Source: an archaeon (GTDB lineage Archaea; B1Sed10-29; JAVZDC01). Taken from it: a DNA stretch of 64,000 bases. The stretch's first letter is position 1. Every line of letters starts with the position of its first letter. Under the pieces are notes generated by a model. That model was not told the DNA's origin. It saw nothing but the letters and a program-made list of their open reading frames with translations, and did no database searches. Location: contig JAVZDC010000001.1 of the NCBI GenBank assembly GCA_038874115.1, positions 266,871-330,870 on the forward strand, written 5' to 3'. The position numbers were made by a program, and so were the translations under genes. Shown here piece by piece: positions 29,700-39,875 of this stretch.

Positions 29700-29746
29700 A
29701 TTTTAAAAAAGCAAAAGTATTTAAAAATTTAATCATTTATGTAGAT

Positions 29747-31600
29747 ATGACAAATTACCTCCTGGAGGAAAATAAAAAAACAGTCTTGCTCGGGAACGAA
29801 GCGATTGCTAGGGGGGCTGTAGAAGCAGGACTTGGTTTTTCTGCTTGTTATCCTGGAACTCCGAGCTCTGAAATTGGAATAACTCTTGCCAGGATTGCAA
29901 AAGATGTTGGGTTTTATTTTGAATGGAGTGCTAATGAAAAAGTTGCTTTTGAAGCGTGTGCTGGTGCTTCTTTTTGTGGCATTAGAAGTTTGAGCGCAGT
30001 AAAGCATTTTGGATTAAACGTTGCTTTGGACTCTATCGCTCCTGTTGTTTATTCTGGAGTAAAAGGTGGTCTTGTTTACGTTGTGGCTGACGATCCTCAT
30101 GGATGGAGTAGCGCCCAAAGTGAAGAAGATACAAGATGGGTCGGACATTTATGTAATATACCAATATTAGAACCATCCAATCCCCAAGATGCGAAGGATT
30201 TAACTTTTCTTGGTTTTGAAATTTCTGAAAAGTTTGAAATTCCAATAATGTTGCACACGACTACAAAAGTAAACCATGCCATCGGAACTGTTTCTCTTGG
30301 AAAAATTCCAAAGAACATAAAAACAAAAGGCGATTTTGTTAAAAATTTTGAAAGGTACTATAACATAACTCCTGGGCTACAAAAGCAGCATGAAAAAGTT
30401 TTAGAAAAATTAGAAGGAATAGAAAAATACTGCGAAAATATTAACAAAGTTGTTGGGAAGAAAAATTCTAAAATTGGAATAATTACTTCTGGAGTTTGTT
30501 ATGAATTTTGTCTAGAAAACGGATTAGATGAGCACGCCAAGATAGCTAAACTCTCTCTTATTTATCCTTTTCCTGAAAAATTTGTGGCTAAGTTTTTAGA
30601 AAATTTGGGAACTTTAATAGTAATTGAACAACTTGAGCCTTTTATCGAAGAAAAAGTTTATAAAATTGCAAAAGAAATTAATCCAGACCTAAAAATTTTT
30701 GGAAAGAATATATTTCCAAAAGTTGATGAATTAGAGATAGACATTATTTACGAAAAAGTATCGGAATTGCTTGGTTTAAAAAACAAAGGTTTTGAAAAAA
30801 TAGATAAAAAATTCAAAGAAATTAAGATTCCAACTAGAAAACCAGCGCTATGTCCTGGATGCCCACACAGATCAACTTTTTATGCTTTGAAGAGTGTTAT
30901 TCCTGAAGATACTCCAACCCCTGGGGATATAGGTTGTTACATTTTAGGAATCTATCCTCCTTTCAAAGTTCAAGACTTTGATATTTCAATGGGAGCAAGC
31001 TTGGGTTTTGCCCATGGATTTTCAAAAGTTAGCTCGAAAAGACCAGTAGCTATGGTTGGGGACTCTACATTTTTCCATGCTGCTTTACCTGCTATAGCAA
31101 ACATTGTATTTAACAAATCAAATCCACTGATTATTGTTCTAGACAATTCAGTCACAGCCATGACCGGCCACCAGCCTCATCCGGGGACAGGAGTAAACGC
31201 TCTTGGAGAACCAACAGAAAAAATAAAAATAGAAGATGTGGCTAAAGCTTTAGGGATAAAGAATGTAGAGATAGCAAACGTTTGGAACCAAAAAGAGCTC
31301 CAAGAAAAGATTAAAAAACTTTGGGATAAAAAAGATGAACCTTGCTTGCTTATAGCTAGAGGAGAGTGCAGGTTAATAATGCGAAGAAAGATTTTGGCTC
31401 GAGGGAAAGATTTTCCTAAATTCCAAATCTCTGAGGATAAATGTACCAAATGTGGCATTTGTATTGATAAATTTGCTTGCCCCGCAATACAAAGAAGTGA
31501 GGATAAGAAAAAATATTGGATTGATGAATCTCTATGCTGGGGTTGCAGCATATGTTCTCAAATCTGCCCATCAAAAGCAATTTCGGTTAGATCAGTATGA
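29747..31600 (+). CDS. iorA: Indolepyruvate:ferredoxin oxidoreductase alpha subunit.
   Basis: TPP-binding oxidoreductase with two C-terminal 4Fe-4S ferredoxin CxxCxxCxxxCP motifs. The start is chosen at the MTNYLLEENKK Met. Confidence 0.88.
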   Translation: MTNYLLEENKKTVLLGNEAIARGAVEAGLGFSACYPGTPSSEIGITLARIAKDVGFYFEWSANEKVAFEACAGASFCGIRSLSAVKHFGLNVALDSIAPVVYSGVKGGLVYVVADDPHGWSSAQSEEDTRWVGHLCNIPILEPSNPQDAKDLTFLGFEISEKFEIPIMLHTTTKVNHAIGTVSLGKIPKNIKTKGDFVKNFERYYNITPGLQKQHEKVLEKLEGIEKYCENINKVVGKKNSKIGIITSGVCYEFCLENGLDEHAKIAKLSLIYPFPEKFVAKFLENLGTLIVIEQLEPFIEEKVYKIAKEINPDLKIFGKNIFPKVDELEIDIIYEKVSELLGLKNKGFEKIDKKFKEIKIPTRKPALCPGCPHRSTFYALKSVIPEDTPTPGDIGCYILGIYPPFKVQDFDISMGASLGFAHGFSKVSSKRPVAMVGDSTFFHAALPAIANIVFNKSNPLIIVLDNSVTAMTGHQPHPGTGVNALGEPTEKIKIEDVAKALGIKNVEIANVWNQKELQEKIKKLWDKKDEPCLLIARGECRLIMRRKILARGKDFPKFQISEDKCTKCGICIDKFACPAIQRSEDKKKYWIDESLCWGCSICSQICPSKAISVRSV

Positions 31601-32202
31601 AAAAGTTTAATCTATTGATAGTTGGTATCGGAGGAGAAGGAGTACTCACATCAGGTGTTGTTGTCGCCAGAGCTGCGCACGAAGAGGACATGTATGTAAC
31701 TGGCTTGCAGTTGCATGGACTATCACAAAGAGGAGGATCTATCCCTGTTTTCGTAAGGTTTGGAAGCGAAGTACATGCTCCGACTTTTGGAATGGGGGAT
31801 GCTGATTTAATAATTGCAACAGAACCTTCAGAAGCTCTTAGATTTGCTAAATATGGGAACTTAGAAAAAACTATGTTCATAATTGATGATTCTGTAGTGA
31901 AATCTCCATATTCAAACGTTGAAAATGAACACTATCCAAGTAAAGAAGAAATTATGAGATACTTAAAACCATTTTCAAAAAAAATATATTATATTCCTAT
32001 ATCCGAGGAATGTAAGAAAAAATTTGGGGATAAGATTTACGGGAACATTGCTTTATTAGGAGTTGCTGTTTCTCTTGGAGCCTTGCCTTTAAAAGAAGAA
32101 AGCATGATAAAAGCAATAAAGGAAACTGCACGACGAAATTTAGATAAAAACATGGATGCTTTTAAATACGGCTTAGAGTATGGTAGAAAATTGAATGTTT
32201 AG
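31597..32202 (+). CDS. iorB: Indolepyruvate:ferredoxin oxidoreductase beta subunit.
   Basis: 201 aa with VGIGGEGVLT (gamma-type OFOR domain). 4-nt overlap with iorA. Confidence 0.85.
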   Translation: MKKFNLLIVGIGGEGVLTSGVVVARAAHEEDMYVTGLQLHGLSQRGGSIPVFVRFGSEVHAPTFGMGDADLIIATEPSEALRFAKYGNLEKTMFIIDDSVVKSPYSNVENEHYPSKEEIMRYLKPFSKKIYYIPISEECKKKFGDKIYGNIALLGVAVSLGALPLKEESMIKAIKETARRNLDKNMDAFKYGLEYGRKLNV

Positions 32203-32228
32203 TTGAAAACAAGAAGAAAAGTGAAAAA

Positions 32229-34082
32229 TTAGCCAACAAATATTGGTCTTTTACTAACAAAAACTGGATAAGGTAAATTCCTGAAAGGCATATCTTTTTG
32301 TAATTTAGCAAACAATTCTTTTAATTCTTGAATACTCATTTCTTTTTTCTCCCTTGTCTCCCTAATCCTAACAGATAAAACGTTTTTCTCTAATTCTTTT
32401 GGTCCAATTACGATAATAAATGGAATCCATAATTCTTCTGCATTTTTTATTTTTTTTGCTAAAGTATTGTCTGTATCGTCGATATCGATACGAACTTTTT
32501 CAAAATTCTTTAATATTCTTTCACACTGTGGGACTAAATCAGGAGATGTTGGAATTATTCTTGCTTGGACAGGAGATAGCCAAAAAGGAAGCATAGGTAC
32601 TTTTCCTATTTTTTCCATTGCCGCTGCGTTTTCCAAAAGGGCTGCTAAAACTCTTTCAGGTCCAAAACCAGTATGTAATATTCCGAAAGGATATTTTTTT
32701 GAACCATCTTCAGCAATGTACTTTATATCCCACCAAGCTGAACTGCTGGTATCTAATTGGACTGTGGAAACTTCCATCGCTCTTCCCAAATTATCAAAAG
32801 CTAGAACATCTATCCAAGCCACTTTATAAGTTTTTGTTGTTTTAAAAAGTTTAATTATGAAAGGAATTTTAAGGTCATCAGCCCATTTTTTGAAAACTTC
32901 TTTGTAAGTATCAAAGAAATCTTTTTTGCAATTTAGGACTATTGCTGATGGCTTAACCCCAATAGCGTTATAAACTCCCATGGCAAACTTTTCAGTCTGT
33001 CTTTCAAATTCTTCAAAAGTTTGATTTGCGTCTAAACAGATTGTGTGTACATTGGCCATCGTTGCGTTTCTAAGACGATATAACCCTAAAACTTCGCCCC
33101 TCTGCTCATATCTCCAAAAAATATCGTATTCAAAAATCCTGAAAGGAAGTTGTTTATAAGTCACTACTGCATCTTTGAATATGGACCAAACTCCATAATC
33201 GCAAGCAGGTCTTAATCTAAATTCTTGAGTTTTTTCTTTAGATCCTGGATAAACTTTATACAATCTTTCAGGGAATTTGCCCATCATTATAGAAACACTT
33301 TTTTCATTCGGGTTTATGATCGCAGGCGTTCTAACAAAAAAAGATCCAAGTTCCTCGCAAACTTTTCTACCCCAATCCATCAACAAATTAATCATAAGTT
33401 CTCCGTTTGGATAGTATCTCATATTTCCTGAATCTGAAACCCTTAGCTCTGGTTCACAGATCTCAAACTTTCTCATAAGCTTTAGATGCGGGGGAGTACC
33501 AAACGAACTTTCCTTAATCTCTTTTAACTCAAGAGCGATCGTTCTTTTAACGTCTTTTTCCTCATCGCCTAAATCCTCTCTTCTCAAAATTCCTTTCCCA
33601 GGAAGTATAACAAGAACATCCTCTATCTTTCCTTCATCCTCTTCTTCCTCCAATTCTTCTTCCTTCGTTCCTTTAACCTCTCTACTCAACTCGGCTAAAG
33701 GATGTCCTTTGCAAGAAATTGTAAATTTTTTATACCATCCGAAAGGCGCTCTGTAAACTTCATACTCTTCAGAAAGTTTATTCTCCAAATCTTTTAAAAC
33801 AGAAAGAGCAAAAGAAGGAGAAGATGGATTCGAAGAAAGATGAACAAAAGGATATAAAACTAACCTCTTACTTTTAATCTTTTCTAAAACATCTTTTATT
33901 TCATTATATGCTTCATTCAATATTTCTTCTTTTTTATTTTCATCCTGTTTTTCAATGGAACAAAATACAACTAAACAATCTTCTATTCTCTTTTTAACCT
34001 TTTCAACATCTTCCGCATCCTCTATAGCTTTTGAAACAGGTTCTACTTCCAGAAAATCGGAATGTATGCAAAGAATTCTCAT
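32229..34082 (-). CDS. thrS: Threonyl-tRNA synthetase, archaeal type with an N-terminal editing domain.
   Basis: 617 aa with an archaeal-specific editing N-domain, a class II core and an anticodon-binding domain. Confidence 0.93.
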   Translation of the reverse strand: MRILCIHSDFLEVEPVSKAIEDAEDVEKVKKRIEDCLVVFCSIEKQDENKKEEILNEAYNEIKDVLEKIKSKRLVLYPFVHLSSNPSSPSFALSVLKDLENKLSEEYEVYRAPFGWYKKFTISCKGHPLAELSREVKGTKEEELEEEEDEGKIEDVLVILPGKGILRREDLGDEEKDVKRTIALELKEIKESSFGTPPHLKLMRKFEICEPELRVSDSGNMRYYPNGELMINLLMDWGRKVCEELGSFFVRTPAIINPNEKSVSIMMGKFPERLYKVYPGSKEKTQEFRLRPACDYGVWSIFKDAVVTYKQLPFRIFEYDIFWRYEQRGEVLGLYRLRNATMANVHTICLDANQTFEEFERQTEKFAMGVYNAIGVKPSAIVLNCKKDFFDTYKEVFKKWADDLKIPFIIKLFKTTKTYKVAWIDVLAFDNLGRAMEVSTVQLDTSSSAWWDIKYIAEDGSKKYPFGILHTGFGPERVLAALLENAAAMEKIGKVPMLPFWLSPVQARIIPTSPDLVPQCERILKNFEKVRIDIDDTDNTLAKKIKNAEELWIPFIIVIGPKELEKNVLSVRIRETREKKEMSIQELKELFAKLQKDMPFRNLPYPVFVSKRPIFVG

Positions 34083-34099
34083 TCAATCCCTTTGGAAAA

Positions 34100-35647
34100 T
34101 TATTTGAGTTTATATAAATCATCTTTTAACTTTTTACCAGTCTTTTTCTCCCATTCTTCTATTGGAATGCCAAAATCTTGTTGCATTTTCATTAAATACA
34201 ACTCTGGTAATCCATTAAAAGCACAAAATGGAACTATTCTTTCATCTGGCAAGACATAATGAATTACACATCTTCTAACCCTCTCAACATCGTAGTTGTA
34301 AGCATCCATGAAATGCATTGTTCCGACAAACAAAGTTTTGTAATGGAATTTTCCAAGACTTTTATAATTTCTTAATATTAACATTTCAAGTAAAAGTTGT
34401 TTTAAGTTAAAATCTTTTGGAGCTTTGTCTTTACGTACAAGCCCGCTCAAAGCAAAATAACCTTTAAAAAGCCACTTAATTTTTGCAAGTAAACCTCCTT
34501 TTTCCAAATCTTTTGCCACTTCCTCTACAATTTGGAAAAACTTATCTGCGTCCACAATATCAGTTATAGGTGTAATTTCTCCCGAGTCGTCGATGTACAA
34601 ATAAGTTGCTACTCCGCAATGAGGATGAGCACTAAATTCGATTTCTGGTTTTTTTGATAATGCCTCGGCCAAATGAGTTATTGGAACTACGCATGAAATC
34701 GGATAAAAGGCCTTCCTAGTGATTTTTTTCTTTGATTGTTTTTCTAAAGCAATGAGCAAATCAGGAATTGTTACTCTGATTTTTCTTCGTTGGGCAGGGG
34801 ACATTGCTCCAACAAAGGAAACAGGTTGGAAATTTACTCCTCTAATTATATCTTTGTTTTTGGCTGCAAATTTTATAATTTCCCACACTTCGGCCAAATT
34901 ATAGTTTTTTAATAAAACAGGTACTAAAACAATTCCAAGCCCTGCTTTTCTACAGTTTTCAATCGCGTTTAAAGTTTCTTTTGATGCGCCACCTTTTAGT
35001 TTTTTCTTCACAGAATCAAAAGATAGATATACAGTATTTACTCCTGCCTCTCTTACTTTTTTAGCAAGCTCTGGATCTGTACCTAGTCTTATCCCGTTGG
35101 TATTCAATTGAACATGAGTGAAACCATGCTTTTTACAAAGTTTAATTATATCTATTAAATCTTCTCTCAATGTTGGTTCTCCACCTGTAATTTGGATTGC
35201 TTTTGTTGGGACTGGTCTCTCAGACCTCAAAGCGATTAACATTTTTTCAATCGTTTCCAAATCTGGTTCAAAAACTTTCCCCGCAGCTCCAACATTGGCA
35301 AAACAATAGCTACATCTCATATCACACCTATTCGTAACGAAAAGGTTTGCTAAAACAGTTCCAGAAAGATGATAATTGCACAAACCGCAGTCCAAAGGGC
35401 AAACTGGAATACTTTTAGTTATCTTTGGATTTTCTATTCCTTTCCCGTCGTGGAGAAATTTGTCTGCCCAAGCATAGAGGTTATAGTCCGACCAATAAAC
35501 ATCTTCAAAAGACCCGTGTTCCTCACATTCTTTTTTGATATAAACTTTGCCTGCTTTTTCATATATCGTTGCTTTAATCGGAATATGACATTCCGGGCAT
35601 ATTGAAGTAGTGCTCTTCAAAATACGCATAAATTTAGAATGAATCAA
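34100..35647 (-). CDS. Radical SAM enzyme with an N-terminal rubredoxin-like Cys motif. It resembles tetraether-lipid (GDGT/MAS) synthase Tes-like proteins.
   Basis: CPECH...C..EHG at the N-terminus, an extra CPLDCGLC cluster and the canonical TNRCDMRCSYCF radical SAM motif. 515 aa, matching the size of archaeal COG1964-type enzymes. Confidence 0.6.
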   Translation of the reverse strand: MIHSKFMRILKSTTSICPECHIPIKATIYEKAGKVYIKKECEEHGSFEDVYWSDYNLYAWADKFLHDGKGIENPKITKSIPVCPLDCGLCNYHLSGTVLANLFVTNRCDMRCSYCFANVGAAGKVFEPDLETIEKMLIALRSERPVPTKAIQITGGEPTLREDLIDIIKLCKKHGFTHVQLNTNGIRLGTDPELAKKVREAGVNTVYLSFDSVKKKLKGGASKETLNAIENCRKAGLGIVLVPVLLKNYNLAEVWEIIKFAAKNKDIIRGVNFQPVSFVGAMSPAQRRKIRVTIPDLLIALEKQSKKKITRKAFYPISCVVPITHLAEALSKKPEIEFSAHPHCGVATYLYIDDSGEITPITDIVDADKFFQIVEEVAKDLEKGGLLAKIKWLFKGYFALSGLVRKDKAPKDFNLKQLLLEMLILRNYKSLGKFHYKTLFVGTMHFMDAYNYDVERVRRCVIHYVLPDERIVPFCAFNGLPELYLMKMQQDFGIPIEEWEKKTGKKLKDDLYKLK

Positions 35648-35679
35648 AATATTTAAAAACCTTTCTAAATCAATAGAAT

Positions 35680-36270
35680 GTGCAATTTCTAGGAATCGAT
35701 CTAGCAGGTAGTGAGAAAAGAAATACAGGTATCTGTGTCTTGGAAGGAAACTTAGCTAAAACTGAAATCTTAAAATCAGATTCGGAAATTTTGGAAAAAG
35801 TTGAAAAATGTGAAGCAAAAATAGTTGCAATAGACGCGCCCTTATTTTTACCATCAGATAGAAGAAATATTGAAGATGTTTCTGGGTCACACCTAAGAAA
35901 ATGTGATAAAGAGCTTTTGCGGATGCACATTAAGTTTTTCCCGATAACTTTAGGTCCGATGCGAGCTTTAACGAAAAGAGGCATTAGAATTAAGAAAAAA
36001 ATTGAAAAATTAGGAAAAACCGTGCTTGAAACATATCCAGGAGCAGTTTATGATTTGTTTGGGATAAAAAGAGAGGATAAAGAAAAAAGTAAACTTTGGA
36101 GGTTACTTGGAATAAAAATCGTAGGTGGGAAAACAAAAGATGAGTTGGATGCAATTGCTTGTGCTTATGTTGCGAAAATGTATCATGAAAAGAAAGTAAT
36201 TAAAATTGGAGAAAAAGAAGAAGGATATATGTACCTGCCAGACGTAAAAAATATCAAAAGATTTAAATAA
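35680..36270 (+). CDS. RNase H-like fold protein (DUF429-like), hypothetical.
   Basis: N-terminal MQFLGIDLAGSEKRNTGICVL motif. Confidence 0.4.
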   Translation: MQFLGIDLAGSEKRNTGICVLEGNLAKTEILKSDSEILEKVEKCEAKIVAIDAPLFLPSDRRNIEDVSGSHLRKCDKELLRMHIKFFPITLGPMRALTKRGIRIKKKIEKLGKTVLETYPGAVYDLFGIKREDKEKSKLWRLLGIKIVGGKTKDELDAIACAYVAKMYHEKKVIKIGEKEEGYMYLPDVKNIKRFK

Positions 36271-36314
36271 ATCTTTTATATCTTAAAACTTTAATTTTAG
36301 AGAGGGGTGAAGTC

Positions 36315-36695
36315 ATGAAGCAAATAACTCTAAAAATAAAAAATGAGCCTGGAGCTCTTGCTGATTTGTGTGGTGCGCTTGGGGATAAAGGAGTAAATAT
36401 AATTTCCATATTTGCTGGAGCTCTTGATTCTGAAGGGTTAGTTTATATCATAACCGAAGATGAAAAAACGACTGAAAAAATATTGAGGGATAAAAAAATA
36501 AACTACAGATCTGAGGAGATTATAGAACTTAAAATTTTGGATAGACCTGGAGAACTAGCAAAAGTTGCCAGACTTCTTGCTTTTGAGAGAATTAATATAC
36601 AATCAATATTCCTGCTTTCCAAAGAAAAAGGAGTTGTAACGCTAGCTTTGAGAACTGATGATTTAGAGAAAACAAAAGAAGTTTTGAAATTATGA
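36315..36695 (+). CDS. Tandem ACT-domain protein.
   Basis: 126 aa with two ACT-like repeats (KNEPGALADL..., LDRPGELAKV...). Confidence 0.65.
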   Translation: MKQITLKIKNEPGALADLCGALGDKGVNIISIFAGALDSEGLVYIITEDEKTTEKILRDKKINYRSEEIIELKILDRPGELAKVARLLAFERINIQSIFLLSKEKGVVTLALRTDDLEKTKEVLKL

Positions 36696-36889
36696 AAGTT
36701 ATCTTGGAGCACAAAGGAAAAATAAAAAAAGTAGATACAAAGAAGAAGACTTTAGGAGCCTTACTGAAAGAACTTGGATATTCTCCAAAGGATTATATAA
36801 TTACTGTAAATGGGAAAATCTCCCTCCCTACAGAAAAAATAAAGGAAAATTCTATAATTAAACTTTTTGCAATCGTTAGTGGAGGATAA
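36692..36889 (+). CDS. Small archaeal modifier protein (SAMP; ThiS/MoaD-like ubiquitin-like protein).
   Basis: 65 aa ending in Gly-Gly immediately before the stop. A 4-nt overlap with the ACT gene places it in the same operon as ncsA. Confidence 0.7.
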   Translation: MKVILEHKGKIKKVDTKKKTLGALLKELGYSPKDYIITVNGKISLPTEKIKENSIIKLFAIVSGG

Positions 36890-36900
36890 TTAGTGAAAAA

Positions 36901-37815
36901 ATGAAATGTTTTTTATGCGGCAGGAAAGCGATTGAATTTTTACCCTACTTGGGCAAAGCAGTTTGCGATAGGTGCTTTATAAGAATTTATGAAAGAAGGG
37001 TTAGTCGAGTTATACACAACCATAAAATGTTTGACAAAAATGAAAAGATTTGCCTTGGGGTTAGTGGTGGAAAAGATTCGCTAAGTTTGCTTTATTTTTT
37101 AAGAAAAAGAAAGTACGATGTCTATCCTGTGTTGATAGATGAAGGAATTAAAGGGTATAGAGACATCACCATAAAATATGCAGAGAAAGTATGTAAAAAA
37201 CTTGGGTTGGATTTAAAGATTTATAGGTTTAAAGATTTGTTTGGGTTTAATTTGGATGACATCGATCAAAAACTTAAATGCGGTGTTTGCGGAGTATTGA
37301 GACGTAGAGCTTTAAATACTGCTGCAAGAGAGCTTGAATGCACGAAAATAGCGACAGCACATAACTTAGATGATGAGGCACAAACTGCTTTAATGAATTT
37401 CGCGAGAGGAGAGATATGGAGGATTGCAAGAAGTGGACCAATCTCAGGATATGAAACACATCCGAAATTTATTCCAAGAGTTAAACCTTTGAGGGAATGT
37501 TTGGAGCGAGAAAATGTGATATATGCTTTGCTAAACAGAATTGAATTTAAAGATATTGATTGTCCTTACGCGGGGGCGGCTTTAAGAAACGAATATCGAA
37601 ATGCAATAAATTTAATAGAAGAAAAGCATCCAGGTACAAAATTTGGAATATTGAGAACTTCGGATAAACTTTCTGAAATTTTAAGAAAAATACAAAAACA
37701 AAAATTTGTAGAATGTGAAATGTGTGGAGAAATTGGAGCGGACAAAATATGTAAAGTTTGCAAAATCTTATCTTCCCTTCAAGGAAAAGTAGATCTCAAA
37801 AAATCTTTGGGCTAA
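36901..37815 (+). CDS. ncsA: tRNA 2-thiolation PP-loop ATPase NcsA/Ncs6/TtcA family.
   Basis: N-terminal CxxC..CxxC, PP-loop GVSGGKDS, and CGVCGVLRR plus C-terminal CxxC (zinc finger / Fe-S). Confidence 0.85.
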   Translation: MKCFLCGRKAIEFLPYLGKAVCDRCFIRIYERRVSRVIHNHKMFDKNEKICLGVSGGKDSLSLLYFLRKRKYDVYPVLIDEGIKGYRDITIKYAEKVCKKLGLDLKIYRFKDLFGFNLDDIDQKLKCGVCGVLRRRALNTAARELECTKIATAHNLDDEAQTALMNFARGEIWRIARSGPISGYETHPKFIPRVKPLRECLERENVIYALLNRIEFKDIDCPYAGAALRNEYRNAINLIEEKHPGTKFGILRTSDKLSEILRKIQKQKFVECEMCGEIGADKICKVCKILSSLQGKVDLKKSLG

Positions 37816-38061
37816 AGGAGTTAGAAAATATCTTTTTTCATGCTGAAGGACAATCAAATCTAAAAACCTTTTCTTTCTCAGAGAGTTAAATTTTTCTTCT
37901 AAAATCAAAGTATCTAAATCATAAGTTTTACATAAATTCTCAATAGTGTTTGCTCCATTTAAAAGTTCTTTCAAAGCATTTAAATATTGGATGTTTTTCA
38001 GAAAAAATTCCAACTCTGGAAAACTTTGTAAAAAATACAAATATTCCTCTTCAAGATTCAT
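37768..38061 (-). CDS. Hypothetical small protein.
   Basis: 97 aa. Overlaps the 3' end of gatE. Confidence 0.3.
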   Translation of the reverse strand: MNLEEEYLYFLQSFPELEFFLKNIQYLNALKELLNGANTIENLCKTYDLDTLILEEKFNSLRKKRFLDLIVLQHEKRYFLTPLAQRFFEIYFSLKGR

Positions 38062-39865
38062 TCTCTATCACTTCTTTAACAATTTTAGCAATCTCCGCTC
38101 CATCGTATTTTCCTCTAAACTCTGCCATGAGCAAACCCATTAAAACGTTAAATTGTCTTTCCCTTGGCAAATTTTTTAATTTTTCCAAGTGTTGTCTTGT
38201 TTTCTCCACAATTGCTTCTTTCGTAACTTTCTCAACAGAAATAATCTCATCTAACTCTTTATCTATATTCATTAACCATTTTTCAGAAACTTCTGGAAGG
38301 GCTTCTTTTGAAAACTTATTTTTTAATAAAGCCTTAAAAAGTTCCAAGTAGTGCTTCTGAGTAAATTTGGAGATATCAAGATTTTTCCTTTTAAGGCTTG
38401 GCAATGTGTTCTCAAAGAAAGATGCAACTATTTGTGCTGGCACACCAAGTTTTAAAATCTCTTTAAATTGGACAAAGTATTTAGACAGCATTATTTTTTC
38501 AGCCAATTCTTCACTTAAACCAAGTTTTTTCAAATCTTCTAAAACTTTGACCGGGTTTTCAAATTCCTGACCTTCAAATTCTTTTAAAATTTCTTTCACG
38601 TTTCCAATGGGTGGAACATCAGTCTCAGGATACATTCTTGCTTCTCCAGGTAAAGGTCTCAAGTACGCTGAAGAACCATCTTCAATGGCCTGTCTAACTT
38701 CGTCTGGAACTGCTTTTCCTTTTATCCTTTCAATTATAGCTTGGGCTGCTTTTTCACAAAGTTCTTTCTTTTCAACTAAAAGAATAAATGCGTCTTTTTT
38801 GTCAAAATTTAAAAGTTTCTTTAAGGCCTCGATTTCGTCAGAAAATCCATATTTGGCTAAATTTTCATCAGAATGGATTATTCCACCAAGACCAAATTGC
38901 TTAGCATAATCTGCTAACTCTGTACCGAAACGTCTATTTGGTAAAAGTTCTCTACCAAGAAGCCCACCAAAACCACTTAAGTGTATACAAAGAACTGAGC
39001 CCCCAGATTTTAATATTTTTTCAACAAATTTACATTTTGTATCTTTAAAAAGTTCAGAAACGTCTAAAATATTAAATTTTAATTCCGGTTTCTCTTTCCA
39101 AATCTTTTTTAAATTTTCTTGTCTTAAAACCTCGAACTCAATAATTTTATCCAGGTTTCTAATATCTTGGAAACCTTTTATTTCGACACGCCCGCCCTCG
39201 TCAGTCGAAATATTTACATCCTGCCTGATCGTACCTAACCCTCTTTGTACTTTTCCAGTGAGCCTTAAAAAAGTTCCAATTTCTAAAGCGATCTGCTTTA
39301 CTTTTGCTGGGTCTGGGGGTAACAATCCTGTAGAAATCTCGATTAAAGGAATACCCAACCTATCCAACCTAAACTTTTTATAATCCTTTCCCATCTCTCC
39401 AATCCCGCATGCTTCTTCTTCCAAATAAACTCCAGATATTGGCACCGGTCCAACACTTGAATTAAAAACACCATCAACTCCAATAAGCATCGTTCTTTGG
39501 AAACCAGTGGTATTACTTCCATCGATCACTATCTTTCTCATAACTTGAATCTCATCAAAAATGAAACAATTAAAGGCTTTTGCGATTTGAAGAACAATCT
39601 TAAAAGCATCGGGATTTACATTGTGCGGGGGTTCTTCATCTGCTTCAACTAAACAACTGGAATCTTTTTGAAAACCATAATAAAATTTCTTCTTTCTTGC
39701 AGCTTCCGCTAATGCAGCCAAGTCAAAAGTATTTAGTTCGCTAAAAGACGGTCTTAAATACCTGAAGATTTCCAAATATGGACTTTCTTCCGAGTATGTG
39801 GATTCGCAATTGCAAAACAGTTTCCTTGTATTTAACCTCTGATGGAATTCTAAACCAACTTTCAT
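38051..39865 (-). CDS. gatE: Glutamyl-tRNA(Gln) amidotransferase subunit E.
   Basis: 604 aa starting MKVGLEFHQRLNT..CNC, GatB/E-like. Confidence 0.9.
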   Translation of the reverse strand: MKVGLEFHQRLNTRKLFCNCESTYSEESPYLEIFRYLRPSFSELNTFDLAALAEAARKKKFYYGFQKDSSCLVEADEEPPHNVNPDAFKIVLQIAKAFNCFIFDEIQVMRKIVIDGSNTTGFQRTMLIGVDGVFNSSVGPVPISGVYLEEEACGIGEMGKDYKKFRLDRLGIPLIEISTGLLPPDPAKVKQIALEIGTFLRLTGKVQRGLGTIRQDVNISTDEGGRVEIKGFQDIRNLDKIIEFEVLRQENLKKIWKEKPELKFNILDVSELFKDTKCKFVEKILKSGGSVLCIHLSGFGGLLGRELLPNRRFGTELADYAKQFGLGGIIHSDENLAKYGFSDEIEALKKLLNFDKKDAFILLVEKKELCEKAAQAIIERIKGKAVPDEVRQAIEDGSSAYLRPLPGEARMYPETDVPPIGNVKEILKEFEGQEFENPVKVLEDLKKLGLSEELAEKIMLSKYFVQFKEILKLGVPAQIVASFFENTLPSLKRKNLDISKFTQKHYLELFKALLKNKFSKEALPEVSEKWLMNIDKELDEIISVEKVTKEAIVEKTRQHLEKLKNLPRERQFNVLMGLLMAEFRGKYDGAEIAKIVKEVIENES

Positions 39866-39875
39866 AGTTATTCAC

